DNA of 64,000 nucleotides, from assembly GCF_963921235.1 (NCBI RefSeq), contig NC_086097.1, positions 95,358,001-95,422,000 of the forward strand, in the 5' to 3' direction. Origin of the DNA: Mobula hypostoma. Lineage: Eukaryota. Within the stretch, counting starts at the first letter, position 1, and every line of letters begins with the position of its first letter. Shown here piece by piece: positions 59,606 through 64,000 of the stretch. Made by a program: the position numbers and the translations under genes. Below the pieces are notes generated by a model. It was not told the DNA's origin. It ran no database searches and worked only from the letters and a program-made list of their open reading frames with translations.

Positions 59606-60439
59606 AGGTTGTTGGTTTTCAATTACAATTCAACTTCAGCATGGGTCCAAGGTTGATATAACAGAGTCTGTACTCTGGTACTTAAGTCTGTGAACAATTT
59701 CACAGTTGGTTTATGGCAATTTAAACATACCTCACTATTTTCATTGGACTAAATGATGAGATTTATTGGGGTACAATTACACCCCACTGTTAGTTCAAAG
59801 CAAGAGGGAACAAAGGTCAGCAATGTTTCCATTCTAAACAAAGTGGACCTGCAGCATTTTTTGCCTTCTAAGACAGTCTTCCGGGGATGAGGAGGAGATC
59901 AATTCCAAGTGGGTGGATTCTGGAGGTCACGAATGCAAGGCCTGTAGATTTTGTGGGGAGATGGGGTTCAACAGGGCTGGCAGGTAGATTCATTAGATTA
60001 CTAAGCACTTCTTCCGCTCTTTGCACAGGCCTTCACATTCTCCTGGAGAAGCAACCAGGACATTTTGAATGGCAAGGGAATAGCAGATGTCACTAAATTG
60101 TTTTCTTGGCTTTCCTGGAATCCCTTGGAGCCGTGGAGCAGGAAATGCTGTGTTTATTTCAGGAATTTGATATCAAGAGTGCAGACAACATGACCAGTAC
60201 ATTGGAGCTGGAGAAGTGTGATCAACACCTCTGTTGGGTACATTGACCAGAGAACAGATTCTTATTTTGATTCCTTTATACTGTTAGCACATGTGGATGT
60301 TTTTGTGGAAACACGACTACCTCCAACAGTGCTTTGAGGTACCTGCTGTAGGTAGTCAAGTCTTTGATTCATACAAGAGATTGGAGACCAGGGCTGCCCA
60401 GCTTGAGAACTTGGTCTTAACAGAAAACTGCACTGGCAT

Positions 60440-60912
60440 GCTCAAAATGGTGGTGAATTTTATCTTCAGCGACAGTGGCCACACTTGGTACACTACTTCG
60501 ACGAGCGGGCTAAACCAGGCGAGGGTAGGTAGCAGGCCACATACCCCAGTGAGATAGGGACATGTCTGATCTCACATTGTGAAGTCAGTTCTGGCATACT
60601 GGGTGGATGAGATCCAATAGCCATCTATTCTGCAACACATGTGGAGAATGAAGGGCATGACAAGGCACAGAAGTAATGGTCATGCTCTGCAACCAAAGAA
60701 GACCTCAGCTCTGACAACTATTCATACCTCTGGACCAGGACTTTCAAGATTAACAGAGTGGAACTGTCCCAGTGCAATGGGCTTTTCCACTTTAAAACAT
60801 TTCCACACAGATTTCTTCATGCAGTTCACATCATCTAATGCACAATAGTACCGCACAAATCTAACTTTCATCATCAGATACAACAGACAATCAATCAATC
60901 ATCATCCATCAT
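60440..60912 (+). mobile_element. Possible non-autonomous retroelement with (CAAT/CAT)n tail
   Basis: Ends caatcaatcaatcatcatccatcatc; no coding remnant; family unknown. Confidence 0.3.
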
Positions 60913-61319
60913 CTGCCTTCATTGAAAGTTGACACCTGAGATATGACAAACGATCTATATGACCAGGGTCTTGCTTGGGTCTTCATTCCTGGGTTGGAGT
61001 TGGGGCAGAATGGTGAAGGTCCTTTTCTTTCCAGATGCTAATATGAGGCCCATCCTCTTATATACAGAAGGAATCAACAGCAGTTTGGAACTTTGCTTCC
61101 ATAAATGCCATCTACAAACAATAAATAAATGATAGAGGTGAAAGTGATCTCAGTTTTGGACTGGAAATGCATTCTGAAGTTTCCCACATTCTGTATATTA
61201 ATTCCCCTCTAGCAGGAAGCTTGTTGAGGATGTAGTGAAATATCACAACAAGGAAGGTTGAGAAGAGGGCTGATGCAATGACACGCACTAACAGGAAAAG
61301 ACTAAGGAGGATTCATCTA

Positions 61320-61605
61320 GGATGGCAAGCCAGTCCATTCTGCTGAAATAAACATTTCAAAGCTCTCAACTAAATCTCTGTCTTTGAAGTGAGAACCCTT
61401 GATTGTATTCAACAGTACAGTGCTCATTACAATCGCACTGCCAAAAAACAAAGCCTCTGAATCAGACAAAATCCCAAATGAAGTATTCAAACACGGTAGA
61501 AAAGAACGTTTGGCATATATTCATGACCTCACTTCCCTCACTTGTGAAGAGAAAAACATGCCAAGAGACCTCAGAAGTGCTAGAATTATGACAATATTCA
61601 GGTAT
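61320..61605 (+). mobile_element. RTE-clade LINE RT fragment
   Basis: KNKASESDKIPNEVFKHG...HDLTSLTCEEKNMPRDLRSARIMTIF matches the RTE/BovB-type KA.G.DGIP.E.FK.G...W..E..P.D.R.A.I.TIFK motif. Confidence 0.7.
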
Positions 61606-63264
61606 CAAGACTTAACCATAATTATAATTTGGCACCGATATGTACATTACCACTTGAGGGTAGTATCAAGAGCTCTGGTCCAGAAAAGAGAAAAGGGATA
61701 ACTTGAAAGGTTTGCAAAATTTACTCCTATTCATATGTTCATCCAATCTTTTAATGGCCATTTTCACTCATGTTGCTTATTGTACAGTCAGTTGGTCTTC
61801 AAAACCAAAGCCTCACTCTCCAATGGCCTAAGTATATTTTTACATTTGAATCAGTATCTACAGACTCACACAGGTCAAAGCACATTAAAGAACTAACAGT
61901 GCATTCACCATAGAACAATGATATCCTCACTCCAGGTTTCAATCCAAAACAAACAAACCCTATTTAAATATCATCAGAGAAAAAGTCAAAACAACAGCAA
62001 CACTTGGTGCTTTGTTAAACTGTGGCCTTGACTTTAAAGCTATGTATAGATATGCAATAACATTTAGCATAAGACGAGGAGCTGTAACTTCATATTATCA
62101 CAATGAGGTCATTGAATAAACACAGCTGCCAACATCTATTCAAAGCCATTGGCATTAGAAACCTAGTTAACTTAATACTCTTGGAAACTCAAGCAGAGCA
62201 GGACACCTGTCGGCTACATTGAATGCTGAAGAAAGTATGACAGCCTCAATTTTACATCAAGTTTTAAAAAAATACACCCTTCACAGTGCACAGTGTTCAT
62301 GATTTTCAGAACACCCCAGTACAAACAGTCTTGGGACATCTGGGAGCACCAAAACACATTTCCATGATCAAACCAATTGAAACTTCTACAAACTTTTTTT
62401 TTGTTCAGAAGATATTGAAGGCTATTTAATCCAGGGAAACAAATTAAGTTAAAATACCATTGGGCCATGTTCTACTTGAATAACAGAACAAACCCAAGAG
62501 GCCAAAAAGTCTCACTTTTTATCTATTTTTGATTGGGTATTTGTCTTTGGCATGGATACTGAATAAATTTAATAAGGGATATATGCATTTCTCCAGAATT
62601 CAGTGATGAAGCTTATATGGTCAGATACATGAAGACTACAAGGCAGTTTAGTCTTACTGCAAATGAATGCGAGGGTCAACAGGACCTGTGGGTCTGACAC
62701 GAGACCATGAAGCCCAGATTAGGCATTGTTAATATTCACTCCATATTTTGCACAAAATCATCTAAAAAATACTGAGAACTAAATCCTGCACTGCTAAACC
62801 GCTATAAACCAAGAGTGCATTCAGGCATTGCGTATGATGTTGAGCAATGAAACTCAAGTGAATTTTCTTGTCTGAAATGACGTACTGAAGCTACATACCC
62901 AAGCACTATATATAGATAAATATAAGGGATAAAATCCAAACGCAATACTTTGAGATTGCCTTTGAAATTTTTTTTATTGAAGCGGGACCAGCAAATGAAC
63001 AACTCTGGAGACTTCATTGTCCCCTCATCCAGAAGACCAATAGTGCAGGCTTTGCACAGAATGGACGAATGCTAGAGAAAATGAAGCCAGGCTGCTGCAG
63101 CAAGAACAAAGGCAGCCAGTCATACACTTAAGTAAATGTGAAAACAATAGAACTGCAAGAGATCAATCATTTCATATCAATAATTCACTCTTACTGAACA
63201 CTGCTTGTAAGGCATTGTAAAATTACCCTCAAAGGCTTTGAGAAGTTGAACTACTGCAATTCTA

Positions 63265-63835
63265 TCAAGTTCAAGCTCAATGTCATCCAACCATACACAT
63301 ATATGCAGCTAAGCAAAACATTTCTCCAGCACCAAGTGCAAAACACGGTTCATATATCACATACAGCAAGCACAAAACATATTTACAGATAAAAAGAGTA
63401 CTCAGTAGACATTCAAGTTGACATAAAGTGCATATACAACATATAAATATTTAACTCTACTACTGCTACTGGCACTGTCATAAATAATGTGCACTCGGTG
63501 GTAGCAAGCTATTTAGAAGTGTCACAGCCTGGGGAAGAAGCTATTACCCAGCCTGATGATGCATCTGCAGTACTGTTTGGTATAATATCGTGATTTTGAT
63601 TTATGGTAATGAAGTGATATATTTCCAAGTCAGATGGTACACAACTTGAAAGGGAACCTGCAAGAACGAGTATCTGCATGCATCTACTGGCTTTGTATTT
63701 TTAAGTGGTAAGGGTTTTGAAGATTCTGTCACAGAAACTTTGATGAGTTGCTGTTCTGCAGTACATTTTATAGATGGTACACCCTCCACAGTCAAACTGT
63801 GTCAGTGATGGAAGGAGTGAATATTCAGGGCAGCA
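63265..63835 (-). mobile_element. Degraded Rex-like 3' fragments
   Basis: caagttcaag tail, ggggaagaagct, and actttgatgagttgctg...atagatggtac segments typical of reversed Rex C-termini. Confidence 0.5.
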
Positions 63836-64000
63836 ATCCAGCAGGCTACTGTCATGGAGAGCCAACACAACCAATGCCCATTTGTCGGCTGACAACTAAT
63901 CTCAGTCTGACTTTCACTGATTGGTTATTGTTCCTAACGACGTCTCCAATGTTCTTCATAATCCGTTTAAATAGTCATGTTTCGGAAGCACCATCAAGTT

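Noticed and set aside
60163..60246. Exon-like segment after tgtttatttcag (EFDIKSADNMTSTLELEKCDQHLCW)
   Set aside because: Weak donor, unrecognised peptide and no partner exons; unsupported without RNA data.
62802..63071. Minus-strand acceptor (ttcattttctctag) followed by an open frame
   Set aside because: No convincing donor or recognisable protein; only one frame is open and it runs into low-complexity AT-rich sequence.
1..64000. CRISPR arrays, operons, rRNA or true tRNA genes
   Set aside because: No regularly spaced direct repeats or prokaryotic gene structure; the tRNA-like segments at 34116-34245 and 43215-43394 are decayed SINE heads without a cloverleaf.

Overview
Eukaryotic (vertebrate) non-coding DNA packed with transposable elements. 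The repeat families resemble those of cartilaginous fishes, probably a ray or skate; this is an inference from element types, not a database result. I found no host protein-coding exon, RNA gene or CRISPR array that I can support, so this is probably a large intron or intergenic region. Recognisable elements are CR1 LINEs (one near full length), many Rex1/Babar LINEs, L1 and Tx1 fragments, an RTE fragment, a Gypsy integrase relic, Tc1 and Tigger/pogo DNA transposons, tRNA-derived SINE remnants and about a dozen Penelope-like (GIY-YIG) element pieces. Almost all are decayed and many are nested. The most interesting signal is the Penelope-like system. Its terminal repeat carries a minimal type-I hammerhead ribozyme followed by a conserved predicted RNA fold. 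At least five insertions share an inverted (fold-back) architecture with 12-16 bp target-site duplications (TSDs) and reproducibly asymmetric ends, two of them being ~170-220 bp MITE-like palindromes. Up to three independent insertions also hit the same short motif in three different CR1 copies. Element boundaries are approximate unless a TSD or terminal inverted repeat (TIR) is quoted.
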